The position numbers and the translations under genes were made by a program. The notes under the pieces are model-generated. The model was not told the origin of the DNA. It worked only from the letters and a program-made list of their open reading frames with translations, and did no database searches. 64,000 nucleotides of DNA from Hormiphora californensis (taxonomy: Eukaryota > Animalia > Ctenophora): NCBI GenBank assembly GCA_020137815.1, contig CM035355.1, positions 496,001-560,000 on the forward strand. The letters run 5' to 3'. Positions 26,901-39,310 of this stretch are shown piece by piece (positions within the stretch are counted from its first letter, which is position 1; each line of letters starts with the position of its first letter).

Positions 26901-29900
26901 CACGATCCTAGATATTTGAAGTCCTCACTCAACTTTATCCTAGTGCCATCGACACTGTGGAGAGGACCAGGGTCTGGTATACCCTCAACCATGAACTCTG
27001 TCTTTGCCCGGTTTATCTCGAGACCCACCTCCTTACAAACACTCTCTACCTCCCGCATGATAACGCCCAGATCTTCCACTGAGTCTGCTAGGAGAGCTAC
27101 ATCATCAGCAAAGTCTGTGTCAGTAACCCTCTCCGCTCGTACTCTTCTACTCCGGGCTGGTTTCAGTGTGAATCCGATATCAGGGTGCCTCTCCAGTGCT
27201 GTCCGCATACAGTAATCGAGCACAATAATAAACAGGTAGGGCGCTAGAGTATCCCCTTGCAACACCCCGGCGACTATTTCAAATATATCCGTGAGGCCGT
27301 CTGGGGTGAGGACCTGAGCTCTTGTATTACTGTACATCCACTGGATGAGGTCGACGATCTTCCCTGGGATGCCATAAGCCCTGAGAACTTTGATCATGCG
27401 CTTCCGGTTAATGGAGTCGAAGGCCTTAACGAAATCCAAAAAGGCTACTGCCAGTGGTAGTTGTTTGGCAGTAGCTCCTTCGATGAGTCTCCTAAGCGTG
27501 AGGATGTGGCTGACTGTGGACCGTTCCTCTCTAAAACCGTTCTGGGAATCGAGTAACACAGTCTCGATGTAAGGCCGTATCCGGTGAAGTAGCATACGGT
27601 TCAGGGTTTTCGCAACTATAGAGGTAAGAGAGATGCCTCTATAGTTTCCGGGTTGAGAGAGGTCGCCCTTTTTCGGCACAGGGACAATATTACTCAGAGT
27701 CCACTGTTCCGGAATTCCCTTTCCGCACAAGGCATCGTTGCAAAAGGTCAGCACGAGGTCATCAATGTCGCATCGCTTCAAGATCTCGGGTGCGATGGCA
27801 TCATTTCCGTAGGCCTTATCCTCCTTTATCCGATCCTTCGCCTTTTTAAATTCCTCTTCAGTAAAGGGACCATCGTAGATATCTGCTCGGGGAAACACTT
27901 CCGGGATGTCTTGATCTACTTCATCCGGAGGTTCTGTCCCGAGGAGCAACTGGAAGTGGCTGAACCATTTGGCTTTCCGATCGTCTGGGGACGTTCCTTC
28001 AATTTGGATGGGGTGTTTGTCCTTCCTCCCAGAGATTTCGTTTACTAGCCTCCATGATTCCTTCGTCTTCGCGTTCCGAGTGGCTCTCTCTACACTCTTG
28101 ATTTTCCTATCGAGATGCTCTTCCTCGACGGCTAGGTACGCTTCAGTGAGTGCCTCTTTGCCTTCTTTCACAGTGGAACGTGTTTCTTCTGAAGGTGAGG
28201 TGTGGTACCTAGCAGTGGCAGATTCAAGATCCTCTCTTGCCCTCTTCACCCGGAAGTCCTCAGCTACAGTATCCTTAAGCCTCTTCCTCTTCTTTCCCAG
28301 TAGTTTCTTGCTAGTTTCTTCAACCGCCTGTATCAGGTCTCCATACTTTTCGGAGGCATCTGTACAGTCAGCAGAAGAAAGGGCAGCAAATCGATTCCTC
28401 ACTTCCACCGAGAATCTCTCCTGTAGATCAGGGTCCTTCTTCAGAGCACTTTAGTCCAGATTGGGGCGACCCGGGGCTAGTTTCCTCTTCCTGAGAGTGA
28501 CCTTAAGCCACCAGAAGTCGATGGTCCGACCCAATCGAGCTAAGTGCCTCGGACGTGTCCACATCCTTAATACTGTTTCTCCATTTCCGACGAACGAGAA
28601 TATAATCCAGTGTAGCCTTCCGTCCAGTACCATCCGAGAGAAAAGTCCAGAGTCTTCCCTTGTTCTTCCGGAACCTAACGTTGGCTAGGGGGGTACGTCA
28701 CCTTTTTTTTTGCCCACTGCCCACATTATTCTTAAATTTTGAATTTGCCCACATGGGCAAAAGTGGGCAAAAGTGGGCAAAAGTAGGCAAAAGTAGGCAA
28801 AAAATTTAAATCCATAAAAAATATATGCTATCAACCAGGTAATCGTCTGTGACAAAGATTTTTCACCACCAATGTCCTCCTAGAGGTCCCCCCTATCGAT
28901 TCCAACCGATAATTTATTTGCTCAGGGTTGATAAGGCTCCATATCCAACTGGGAAAATGGGCAAAATATGTTGGCAAAATTAGGAAAATTTGTCATTTTA
29001 GGCACGTTTCTCACATGGTTGGAGTGGAAAATTTTTCTGGTTTTTCTGGGACCCCATTGGAGTACAATGCAAGTGGAAAACCTTTGTTATGTATCAGTTC
29101 CCTAAATAGCCCCAAAATGACGAAAAATCACTGGCCTTTGCCTAATTTTGCCAAATTTTTTTGCCCACTTTTGTCCAGTCGGACATGGAGCCTTATCAAC
29201 CCTAAGTGATAAGTAAGTACATTAATTATCGGTTGGAATCGATAGAGGGGACCTCTTGGAAGACATTGGAGGTGAAAAACATTTGTCACAGAGGGTTTTC
29301 TGGTAAAGTTTTGATGCTTATAACATTTTTGCCCACTTTTTGCCCACTTTGCCCACATTATACCTGTTTTTTGAGATTTTGGTTTGCCCATGTGGGCAAA
29401 TGTGGGCAAAAGTGGGCAAAATAAAAGGTGACGACCCCCCCGTTGGCTACTTCCAATCTGGTCTCCTCAACTGTCTCCTGGAGCAGCTCTCCATTTCTAC
29501 TGGTATGTTGATGGAAATACCACCCGAAGCCAGAGTCCTCCCAGCCAATTCTGGCGTTGAAATCTCCGGCAACGACAAGGAGGTTATGAGCTGGAACAGT
29601 ATTGATGTAGTCCCTGAGATCGTGGTGAAATTTTTCAACTTCCTCTACATTCGCACATTCAGTGGGCGAGTAAACCGAGATGACTGTCAGTTTCGGATTA
29701 CCGGCCAAGGTAATGGCTAGAATTCTATGGGACACAGCTCGTATCTTGCAAATGAGCTTCGAGTACTCAGTTCTCATCAGAACTCCAACCCCTCCAACCG
29801 ATGCCCCTGCGCTGTTGCGCCAGGCTGTAGATGTGATAAGAGTTTCTCCTGGCCCAGCCTGAATCTGCCTGACTGTGTCTGCGTGGACAATGCGGTGTTC

Positions 29901-31655
29901 CTGCAAAGTGATTATGCCCAAGCCATTGTCAGCAAATTGGTAAACCAGCTCTTTTAACTTTTCCTTAACACGGAGCGTTCGACAGTTAAATGTTCCAATG
30001 CGTGTATTAAGTCGAGTCATAGCTATTCATATTGTTTTTCTTGGTTGCAGTATCCCAGGTGGGTCACCACTTCACCTGGCTGAGTCACTTTCAGTTCATC
30101 AAAACAGCATGTATGGCTGAGCTGGATAGACTGTTGGTGAGCAGTTATCTAAGCAGAGGTCTGGTCCACAAAGACAATATAATGTCAGTGTGGGGACTCC
30201 CTATGCTAATGCACTGTTTAGCCCACGCGGGCAATGGCCGCTTACGCAGCCTGCATGGTTACCACTCCTAGGTCATCGGGTGCCAAACCGACCGGGACCT
30301 AAGTGCATCCCCCTACTGGTGAGTCTTTTAAATAACAGAGACAGTAGAGAGAAGACAATCATCCCCCCTCCAAACCTGAAGACGTGAAACACAGTACTCT
30401 CGAAAGCTTCTGTCAGTGTAAATTTGTTGATTTATATATCGTTTATATATCTTATAAAACTAAATCCCCCCACCAGATGGAGGTGATACAACTACAGTTC
30501 ACCAGCTGGCCAGACCACGGTGTCCCAAAATCACCCAAGGACCTTCTAGGTACGGTGAATTTTCCCTTGCTCGGTGTAAAGTTTCCCTTGCTCGACCCTC
30601 TCTTACCGGAAAGCAGGGTTAGAGAGCACAAAAATCTTTCCCTCGACTATTATCTTCCTATTTAACCATCCTCCTTCCTCTCCCTAGATTACCTAGACGA
30701 GTTACAGAGTCTGGTTGAAACTAAAAAGTTGGAGCCACCTATTGAGAACGCAGTACCCTTGTTAATTCACTGTAGTGCGGGCGTGGGCCGGAGCGGAGTA
30801 CTGCTTCTTATGGACCTTCTTACCAACTCCTTCAGAAAAAATCAGGTACATGAATCATGATATTGATAACAGATCTCACGTTTTAGCCCCCACTGATTGA
30901 CCCCCAATTACTGAACCCAATGCAAATGACTGACCCCAATGAGTGACATACTGACTGACCCCTAGGAAGTGGATATTGTGGGTAGACTACGGGACATAAG
31001 ATTCTGCAGAGTTCATACCGTCCAAACAGTTGACCAATACTACTTTATTTACCGGGCACTACTTGAATTTATTGACAGAGGCGCTACCATCTGATGTGAG
31101 ACAGTTTATAATGTGACAGGACTGAGACAGACTTTACTTTTTTTAATTCAATACCATAAAGGGCGGCACAGACTGTCCATGTGTGATCATGTCCATTATT
31201 TTGACCAAGTCACCAGCGTATCAAAATAAGTCGGGTTCAGTGGTTCTCGATATGTTATGAATTAGTTTCAGTTTTTACTCTCCAAGCTTGGTCAAATGAC
31301 CAATTTTTTCAGTCTGTGCGACTTGGTCAAAATCTTGCCCATGCCCATAATGTGGGCAAGATTTTGACCAAGTCGCACAAACTGACAAAATTTGGTCATT
31401 TGACCAAGCTTGGAGAGTACATTTCCTAGTGCCTACCTCTCAAAAAAGACTATCCTCCCCGAACCGGGCCGGAATAGAATTACAGCTAGTATATACCCTG
31501 TTTCCTAACCCCATTCCTCATTACAGACAGTGGATATTCCTCGGACGTTAGCTGAGGTACGGAGGTGCCGATCACACACGGTACAGACTGAGGAACAATA
31601 CCAATTTGTATTCTCCTCCCTACTGGCATATGTTGACCAATCTCGACTTATCTAA
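14629..31655 (+). CDS. PTPN14/21: FERM-domain non-receptor protein tyrosine phosphatase, PTPN14/PTPN21/Pez type (19 coding exons, about 631 aa)
   Basis: Phase-consistent exons: 14629-14650, 14732-14841, 17451-17623, 17920-18017, 18832-18967, 19289-19376, 20230-20318, 20398-20482, 20906-20994, 21093-21135, 21249-21270, 25217-25299, 25475-25602, 25744-25834, 25920-26041, 26144-26300, 30477-30549, 30688-30845, then 30966-31094 or 31527-31655. FERM motifs: [22 protein letters not shown] motifs: [53 protein letters not shown]-terminal SRLI as in PTPN14/21. Confidence 0.9.
15822..15991. mobile_element. Tc1/mariner(pogo)-type MITE
   Basis: TIR CAGTCGGACCCCGATTTAACGGC with TA TSD; internal CCCCGATTTA repeats. 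Confidence 0.85.
16121..17310. mobile_element. 1190-bp foldback element built from AAAGCGCTTT-type units, 8-bp TSD
   Basis: TIR GGTAATATGGTAGTTCTGGGCTGAACATTTTCGACCGC...; arms of about 300 bp; AAATGGGG duplicated at 16113-16120 and 17311-17318. Confidence 0.9.
18533..18822 (+). repeat. 17-bp intronic minisatellite (CCTAACATGTCTCCCAC)n, about 16-17 copies
   Basis: Visible tandem units ending about 9 nt before the exon acceptor at 18831. Confidence 0.95.
26645..28408 (-). pseudogene. RTE reverse transcriptase region (587-aa ORF fragment)
   Basis: RT motifs listed for the RTE element, in the ORF track translation. Confidence 0.9.
28688..29440. mobile_element. Non-autonomous Mutator-like (MULE) DNA element nested in the RTE
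   Basis: 9-bp TSD CGTTGGCTA (28679-28687 and 29441-29449); termini GGGGGGT(A)CGTCACCTTTT; long imperfect TIRs with GTGGGCAAAA repeats. Confidence 0.85.
29441..30020 (-). pseudogene. RTE apurinic-like endonuclease N-terminal part
   Basis: [41 protein letters not shown]; continues at 28687 after the insertion. Confidence 0.9.
30966..31094 (+). CDS. PTP alternative terminal exon A ([42 protein letters not shown])
   Basis: CCTAG acceptor, phase 0, 129 nt, intact Q-loop, TGA stop. Confidence 0.8.
   Translation, partial: EVDIVGRLRDIRFCRVHTVQTVDQYYFIYRALLEFIDRGATI
31276..31419. mobile_element. Palindromic MITE between the two PTP terminal exons
   Basis: TACTCTCCAAGCTTGGTCAAATGACCAA ... TTGGTCATTTGACCAAGCTTGGAGAGTA; arms of about 65 bp, TA at both ends. 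Confidence 0.8.
31527..31655 (+). CDS. PTP alternative terminal exon B ([42 protein letters not shown])
   Basis: CTAAC branch-like motif and TTACAG acceptor, phase 0, 129 nt, intact Q-loop, conserved SRLI end. Confidence 0.85.
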   Translation, partial: TVDIPRTLAEVRRCRSHTVQTEEQYQFVFSSLLAYVDQSRLI

Positions 31656-34600
31656 TGTGCAGAACTGTTTTGTAGAATGAGAGATAGAAAGAGACTGAAA
31701 CAGAGAGAGAGTTCTGAGTTCTGATGTCGCAATTATGTTTTCTCGTCACAATTAGCTACAGAGAGATTGTTAATTGGCCGAGCTTTTTGTCCGTGATTTT
31801 TTGTGACTCGCGTTTTTTAGTTTTTAGTTTACACAAAAAGCGCTGTGTGCTGCCCTCCCCGACCCCAGCGCCCTACCCGAACGGATCCCATGTTGTGATT
31901 TCTACAACAATATGTGACCACAGCGTTTAGAGATGGTCGGTGTCGCCAGGCAGGCTGTACGTGAGGTGTGTATTTGTGCTTTTTAGAGAGTTTTCAGACC
32001 TTCTACAAATTAATTTCTATTGACGCTATTCAAAGTCATTATTACCTTTGGGGGTTCATTTGGTGGGAAATATTGATGTTAAGAAATGTAAATCATTCCT
32101 TAATTTTTATAAATAGAAAATTGTTTGTGAGTTTTGACCAGCAGAGTAAATGGAAAAGTTTGAAGAGAGATATTCTATGAAACAGAGTTCTGTCTAGTTC
32201 AACTTCGTCCCCCTTCCCCCGTGGCCGATTAAAATGAGAGAGAAGCATTTAGCCCATCATGTGGTGGGACGATTAATGTCTACTAGACATTGCCTGGTTC
32301 TCGGCAGTTATTCAATAAATCCACCTCCGTCCATTGTATGCTTTATAGTTTTACTACTGTTCAGTTATCGAGTAACAAAATAAAACATCGATGGCGTATA
32401 TTATATCAGAGATAGATGGAAGGTTTTTAGTTATACCATTGTGATCTCTAGATGGTCGGCTGAGAGAAATTGAAAGAGAGATAGATTTTTGTGATTTGAT
32501 TTGTTTCATACTTTCCTTCAATTCGTTTTACGCTTTACCATAATCCAATGTCTTTCAATTTTACGTGGTAACAATGAATATGTCTGGCCAGACCCCGTTT
32601 TGATTCTCTATCTGTGCGACTGCGACAGTGCGCTCAGATCGGGTCACCGCCGCTAGATAGATAACAATCGGATATGACTGGGACGTGGTTGGTCAAATGG
32701 ACCTCCCTAAAACTAAAAGTAAAGACGAGCCAGGCCAGGGAAAGGGCGACCATGTTACAAGCTCTACTTTCTGATATTCGGTAGAGAAAGTGCCCATCTG
32801 AGCGCACGGAGAATCAAATTGGGGCATGGCGCCGCCATACAGAGAGAAAGTAATATAAGGGGCAAGGGCTATGATTGTTGCCCTGGGTTATACTTTCCAT
32901 TACTATTGTCTAGTATAGACTATAGTGTACCATCCACCAGAAGACCACCCCGGCCCCACGTACAAATAAGAAAGGCGGTGTTTTTAGTGATTAAAAATTC
33001 CTTTGAACGGTTTATTTGAAGAAGCAAGTACACAAAACAAACAAATCAGAATTATTCCTCTCTGACACATTTCTCACCGTGTCAGGCGCCCTTCAATAAG
33101 TTTACTCTGAGGAAGGCCCTGACGATCTCACATTGTGTACTCCCTTCGAAAACTCATAAAGCCCACAGCTGCACGGGGTTGTTACGTGGTTTATAAGTTA
33201 GAATCTAACGGCTAACAACCCTGCAGGGTGGGTTTTGGGCTCTGTCCCACTACTAAAGGGGCCGTATAATAGCCACACCGGTGGGATAACAGACACACTA
33301 ATCTAACCTGATCAAGCATACAGTCAGACACCGTGCTGACCACACTTCTCTCCGCAACTGTTGCGTTGTGAGCACACCATGATACTGATCACGGCCGAAG
33401 CAATATCGATCTATATCGGATATCCCAACTACAGACTCGGAATATTTCTAGAAACAATCCTGGCTGTAGAAGGGGTACCGATATATATCTCCACTCTCAC
33501 GCACACACACACACCGGGTCGTGTTGTAAGAAAAATACAGTTATCACAGAAAAAACATTGGCCGGGGATTGCGTAATTTTGGGGTTAAAAAGAAGCTAAT
33601 TGTACTTTTCTTACAGAAAATATCTAGTTTGTTACTGGTACGTTTGTACCGACGATAAACAAATTGTAAAAAAAAGAGTGCAAATTATTCACTCAAAATT
33701 GCGTTTATCTAACTCTAACTTCCCAATCTCCAAAATAATATGATAGAGTATCTGTGTGTGCTTGGTTTTGTTGGTGGGTGACTATATATTATAATGTCAG
33801 GTTTCGCCTCAGAACTCCCTCTCCGATAACAGTTAGAGAGAATAGAGGTCTCCTGACAATGTGCAAGGTTCTCAAGAATGTGTCGTTGTGTGAGTTATTG
33901 ATGGGACTAATCTAGTCCAATAGAAAATCCTAACTTAACAGGGTGCATTAAAAGCGAAAACTAAAGAGGAAAATTTAGAAAAAAATAGTACGTTATAGGA
34001 ACGGCAGTATTATTAATAATTTTCTATCGTTTTTCGCACGTCCCTGTGCATATTTCGTTCTGAACTAAAGGATCACTAAAATCGGTACACAAATCATATC
34101 GTCTTTCTTCCGATCCTAATAAACAATTTGCTCTCTCTCAGCTCTCATTCCTCGATCTACGACTATAATGTCTCTCTCTTTCTCATTCTCCTCTCTGGAT
34201 TGTACAGTCGCATGGTCCTCTCTCAGACTGGTCTCATCAGCAGGTCTTGACACCGGACAAACAATAACAGGCTACTGAAAAAGGGTGGGTTAGTTAGACA
34301 AATGCACTAAATCTGACTGTCAGAATTTCAAAAATGGATGGTTTAAGAAGTTTTAGGTGGTTTCATAAAGTGTTACCTTTGGTGTTCATTTCGTGTATTT
34401 ATGGTAAGCATTCATAAGATTCATGAATGCAGTAACACCTTCAACCAATGCCGACCTCCGGTCACCTCTCGTAGTAACTTGTGTGGAATCTCTCCGGGAG
34501 ATGGGATGGGATTTGCAGTATTCCGTCTGAAAAAAGGGGGAGGTTTAGTAAAATTGTCTTCCACGTGAACAAAAACAACAACAAATCCAAACCTCAAAAC

Positions 34601-35190
34601 CCAATTCCCACGCCCCGCGCACTGTTGTTCGCGCGCCACAAAAAGATGCAACTTTTCAATGGATTGCCGATATCGCGCCTTACAGCAGGTATAAAAAGTG
34701 TTAAACACTTGGTTGCAAAGGAGATCGAGTGTATACTGTAGTAGGATGAACATTGTTTAACATCTTTTAGCGTAATATTACGTTTTGGGACAAGAACGGG
34801 AACGGGATGAGGATATAATTTTATTTAGCTGTTATCTAAATGTAATTCGTTTTACACTAAAATAGCGGTTTTTCGGAAAATGCCCCCACTCAGCACCATG
34901 ACGTGTTGTATCGATGAATCAAGAGATGCAATTTGCATCCAAACATGTGCACAAGCACAATTGACGAAGCTTGCTGTTGTATGGTCATGTGACTGCCTCA
35001 CAGAGAGACTGAGAGAGATGTTATTACATTCCATAGCGTCCTGGAGTAAGGCCAATACGTCTCTTTCTCCTTGTCTCTCTATCTCTCTCTCTATCTCTCT
35101 ATCTTTACCTCTCTATCCCTCCCTCTCTCTCTCCCACTCTCTCTTCCCACTCCCCAACTCTTCTCTCACAGCTATCTCGGCCTTTATGCT

Positions 35191-38100
35191 TCACTCCTCC
35201 AAGAGCTCTAGCCTGTAAAGCCACTGACACGTGATTCTCAGAGTTCGGCGGATGAAGCAAAGAGAAGTGAGAGGAAGATGCAAGTATAGGAGAGAGAGAA
35301 TACTAGAAAGTAAGATATATGGGTGACGAAAGTAAAGGGAGAGAGAGAAGGAAGAAGTGTCTGAAGAATGGGGTGACCTGGTTATACATAATGGGTGTGG
35401 ATTGGGCAAATTGAAATGACGCAATATGTGTGGGAGTGTACCGGGTCTCACTCCCCACCCCCTAGGACATATATATGTAGCATGAAGATTGGAAGAGATT
35501 AGGAAGAAGTTAGGAAGAATTGGGAAGAAGAGTTAGGGGACAGCAGACAACCAAAATAGACATGGGACTAGAGGGAAGCTGATAGACACTGGGAAAAGGA
35601 GACAGAAAGCAGCCCTCCACCAGACGCTTATCACCAAAAAAGGGGAATTTAGAGACGGATAAATTTAGTAACTCACCCCTCCCTTTCATCTATCTCCATT
35701 GGATTCCTTTCAAAACATGCATGTGAGAAGGACAACTGCCAAAAATGTGGCTGAATTTTACCGCAACTTCGTTATCTATCTTCGTAACCATATTACCCAC
35801 ATTTTCTTAGAAAAATCCCATTACTTACACTCTTGTAACACCCGAACAACACCCCCTTGCAACACCCCCTTGCAACACCTCCCAATAACTCACCCAGTTA
35901 ACGGGCGATAAGGGCGTCTCCGGGTTGATCATCAGTCTCACAGCATGGCCATGAATACTGTATATTTCCATGCCATTACCACTCTCCAGGAAGCCACGAC
36001 ACAGTTCCACCAGATATGTAATGATACTCATCAGCATTCCAAAGCTGGGATTACCGGGCTCGTAGTTGTTTGAGTGGTGAATAAACTCTCTATACACCTG
36101 GAATATAGTTGACCATGTTAACCACAGCAATATTAGGGACACAACTGTCACACATGAAGATGCCATATCTAATCGTAACAGTTCAATTTCTTTAGTTTTT
36201 TATTAAGTTGTTGACACATACCCTTGCAATGTGGTGCTTGTATGACCGTGCATCTTGGACGACACCGTCCGTTAAGGATCGAATTCCTAGTTTAGTCTCT
36301 GAATGGGAAGGGGTTTTAGGACGAATCCAACCAATAATAATAGGGTTTAATAAGAGGAGGAATTTTAGATGATAATTTGTACCCAAATAAGTCAATCAAT
36401 TAATTAGTGCCCAAATTTATTAGTCAATCACTATCGTATTGTACCTTCAGGTAGATGCTGAAGTTCGTTAAATAAGTGAAAAGCACAATCTGGTGCCTCC
36501 GCCGCCATAGCCACTAACTTATCCGAGCCGCTAAAGTCTTCCCCTGAGGGTTCAAAAGGGATTAGTTAAAGTAGGAGATGTTATGAGAGAGAGGGATGTT
36601 GTTATTAGGGCGTTTGGAGGTTTGCCAATAACCCCTCAGACAGCTACCAATAGTATTGTTCAACAGTAGTATTGGTCCAATACTAATACTGCTGTGTTGG
36701 AACACCACATGACACAATAAACAGAGACAGAACACAGAGGCAGCACAGTAAGATAGTGAACACTGAACACACAAACAATAAACATCCAACTGCCGAACAA
36801 GCCTTGATATTTTAGAAATTACTCCAAATTGTGAGTTTGTTTTAACAACGAGTTAATTAATATTTTTAAAAGAAAGCATTTAGTCTCAGTTTCGTAGAAT
36901 TTGGGCGTGTTTAAACTTGTCACTGAGGGCGCGTTTCTAAAAAGTTTCCTGGAACTTGATCGGGCATGGCAGAGTTTTTTGTTTTGTTTAGTCTACACAC
37001 ACTCAGTACTAAAGGCAGTTGGAAGTTTCACTGCCATTTCACACACAATGACTATCTTGAGATCTTCACACCTGATATATTCACTGTCAAATCACACGGT
37101 GGGTTATTAAAGTGCGGGAAATACAGGACAAGGGAGAGATACTATACGATAAGATCGGTGTATACTGGAACACTAGAAAACACAAATTTACCACCAAGGA
37201 ATTGGGTTAAATCAAAACATATAATCCACTAAACCGAACGAAATAATACAGCTGTTTTTAGGACTAACCGATAGATTTGACGATCAGGTAGGCGATAATC
37301 CGTTCCGTTTCCTCCTTGTCATCAGTGAACCTCATCACAGGGGGCCCCACGGGGCTGGAGGCCGTCGTGGTCAACGTGGATGGAGGGGTGGGTCCCTTTC
37401 TGAGATCACGAGTCCACCTGGGAGAAGGGGAGGGGGTTAGAACTTAGAGGCACACTAACATGCGGAGAATGGGCAGGGGGTTAGGGTCACATTTTAGGGA
37501 GAGGGGGGCTAGAAATAGGTACATTGATGGGGAGAATGGGGAGGGGTTGGTTAGTTTTCACGGTGGAATTGTTAGTATAACGGGCTGTATGGTAATATTC
37601 AGCAGTGATGGTGGTTTGTGTGTGTGGGATTGTAACACCAGATGTTGAGAGTGAAATTAGAGAAGGACTAAGAATACACACCACCGCACCACGACCGGCA
37701 ATTATAATGGACAAGTGACAGAGAGAGAGATAGAGAAAAAGCTAGAATGATGGGATTAAGTTAATTTCTCGGAAAAAACTTTCCAGAGTTTTAGACAGAC
37801 AGCTGATAGACATATATTGTGGACATATTGTCTGAAGATTGTGTAACCTAATGTAAATGCCACATGAGAGCACTCATAAAGCTCTCTGTGTCTCTTTCTC
37901 TCCGTGTGTGTGTTATTAATGGCACACTGAGAAGAGTGACGCACAATATAAATTATACCCCTCACTCAATCTCTCTCACTATCTTTTTCTCTTTCTCTCA
38001 CTCTTTCTCTCACTCTTTCTCTCTCTCACTATCTTTTTCTCTTTCTCTCACTATCTCTCACTCTCTCTCTCTCACTATATTTTTCTCTTTCTCTCACTTT

Positions 38101-38634
38101 CTTTTTCCTCTTCTTCATAGGTTCATTAGTCTCTCAAAGGAGGAGCGGCCCGAGATGAGCGCTTATGTAATTCCGAGATATGTCACATGTAGCATATATT
38201 GTGGGCTTACAGCAGAGCTGGTCAGATGGGTGTGTGAGAGAGACCTAGGATTACATACCGTATTTGGTCAAATCGAACCTTATCAAAGAATAATATGCTT
38301 TTAGGATGGTAAGATCTCAGTCAGAGAGGCAGCGAACTAAAGTTTTACCAATAGAGAAAAAACTTAACGAAAAAATGCTACTGGAGAAATTGAGAAGACA
38401 GCCTACTCTTGATAATTGTCCTCTAAATTAGACCGCACGGGTCCTGAGAGAATATATAATGCGGAGTAGCGGCTAACTATGGGAAGAATTTATATCGTTT
38501 TATTAGAAAGAGTTGGCGAAATTCCAAGGTGGCAGCCCAGGTCCCCCTAGATGGGGATGTTGTTTTCATTACCTGCACCCTCCCACAACGCTTAGGAAGC
38601 GGTTGTACATGTTGTAATGGTTCTCCACCTCCAT
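35191..38634 (-). CDS. Unidentified 8-exon protein, about 256 aa
   Basis: Phase-consistent GT-AG exons 38634-38573, 37417-37269, 36543-36445, 36298-36222, 36097-35894, 35750-35677, 35461-35378 and 35212-35191 give MEVENHYN...DDKEETERIIAYLIVKSIGEDFSG...VYREFIHHS...PVNWPHFWQLSFSHACFER...LELLEE*. No family recognised. The first and last exons are less certain. Confidence 0.7.
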
Positions 38635-38856
38635 ATTTTACAATTACAATCTATAAGCTACAAGAAATGAGAATAATAATACGAGGATTGATAAAATACG
38701 AGGATTGAGGAAGACAGAGGGAGCGAGATGAATTATCTACAGAGGCAGAGGCTGAATAGTATCATTGAAATCACAAGACCCAGGGATTGGGATCTAGAGG
38801 CGAGGAGAGCAGAGATACCCTTCGAAACTTTGGGTAGACTGCTAGTGAAGGATTAA

Positions 38857-39306
38857 AGGTTGACAAGATACCTAAAACTTTTCGTATATCGTCTTATTTT
38901 GATTTATCATTAATTTTCAGCATTTTTTCAGAATTTTTTGTCGGCTAGAAATATGTGCAAAATAGGGGGTCTACTGAAAAATGAGTGTGCCTTTTTTAAA
39001 ATTGATAACGTAATATCTCCGGTTCCTGATGAGATACAGAAACCGTTTTGGTAGCGTTGGAAAGGTCTTATTGAGACCAATCCAACGCAACCAAGATCAA
39101 ATCTTTATCTTTTGAGGAACCGGAAACGTGAATTTCAATTTGCGAGACGCAGTGAGTGTGCCCAGTAAAACCAGTGCTGACAATATCGGTAGACCCCCTA
39201 TTTCGAATTTTTTTCTAGCCGACAAAAAATTCTGAAAAAATGCTGAAAATTAATGATAAATCAAAATAAGACGATATACGAAAAGTTTTAGGTATCTTGT
39301 CAACCT
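38857..39306. mobile_element. 450-bp MITE with TTAA TSD (Kolobok-like AGG termini)
   Basis: TTAA-AGGTTGACAAGATACCTAAAAC ... GTTTTAGGTATCTTGTCAACCT-TTAA; about 95-bp perfect arms. Confidence 0.85.
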
Positions 39307-39310
39307 TTAA

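Larger units (their letters stand above)
26324..30352 (-). mobile_element. Full-length RTE-clade non-LTR retrotransposon (APE endonuclease + RT), inactivated, in a PTP intron
   Basis: Endonuclease [30 protein letters not shown]; [83 protein letters not shown] at 26314-26323 and 30353-30362. Short AAGTC/AAGT repeat tail. Stop and frameshifts near 28450-28505 and 26645. Confidence 0.95.

Noticed and set aside
34852-36166. Focadhesin-like assignment from PVNW
   Set aside because: The spliced continuation and short total length do not fit; the motif is too short.
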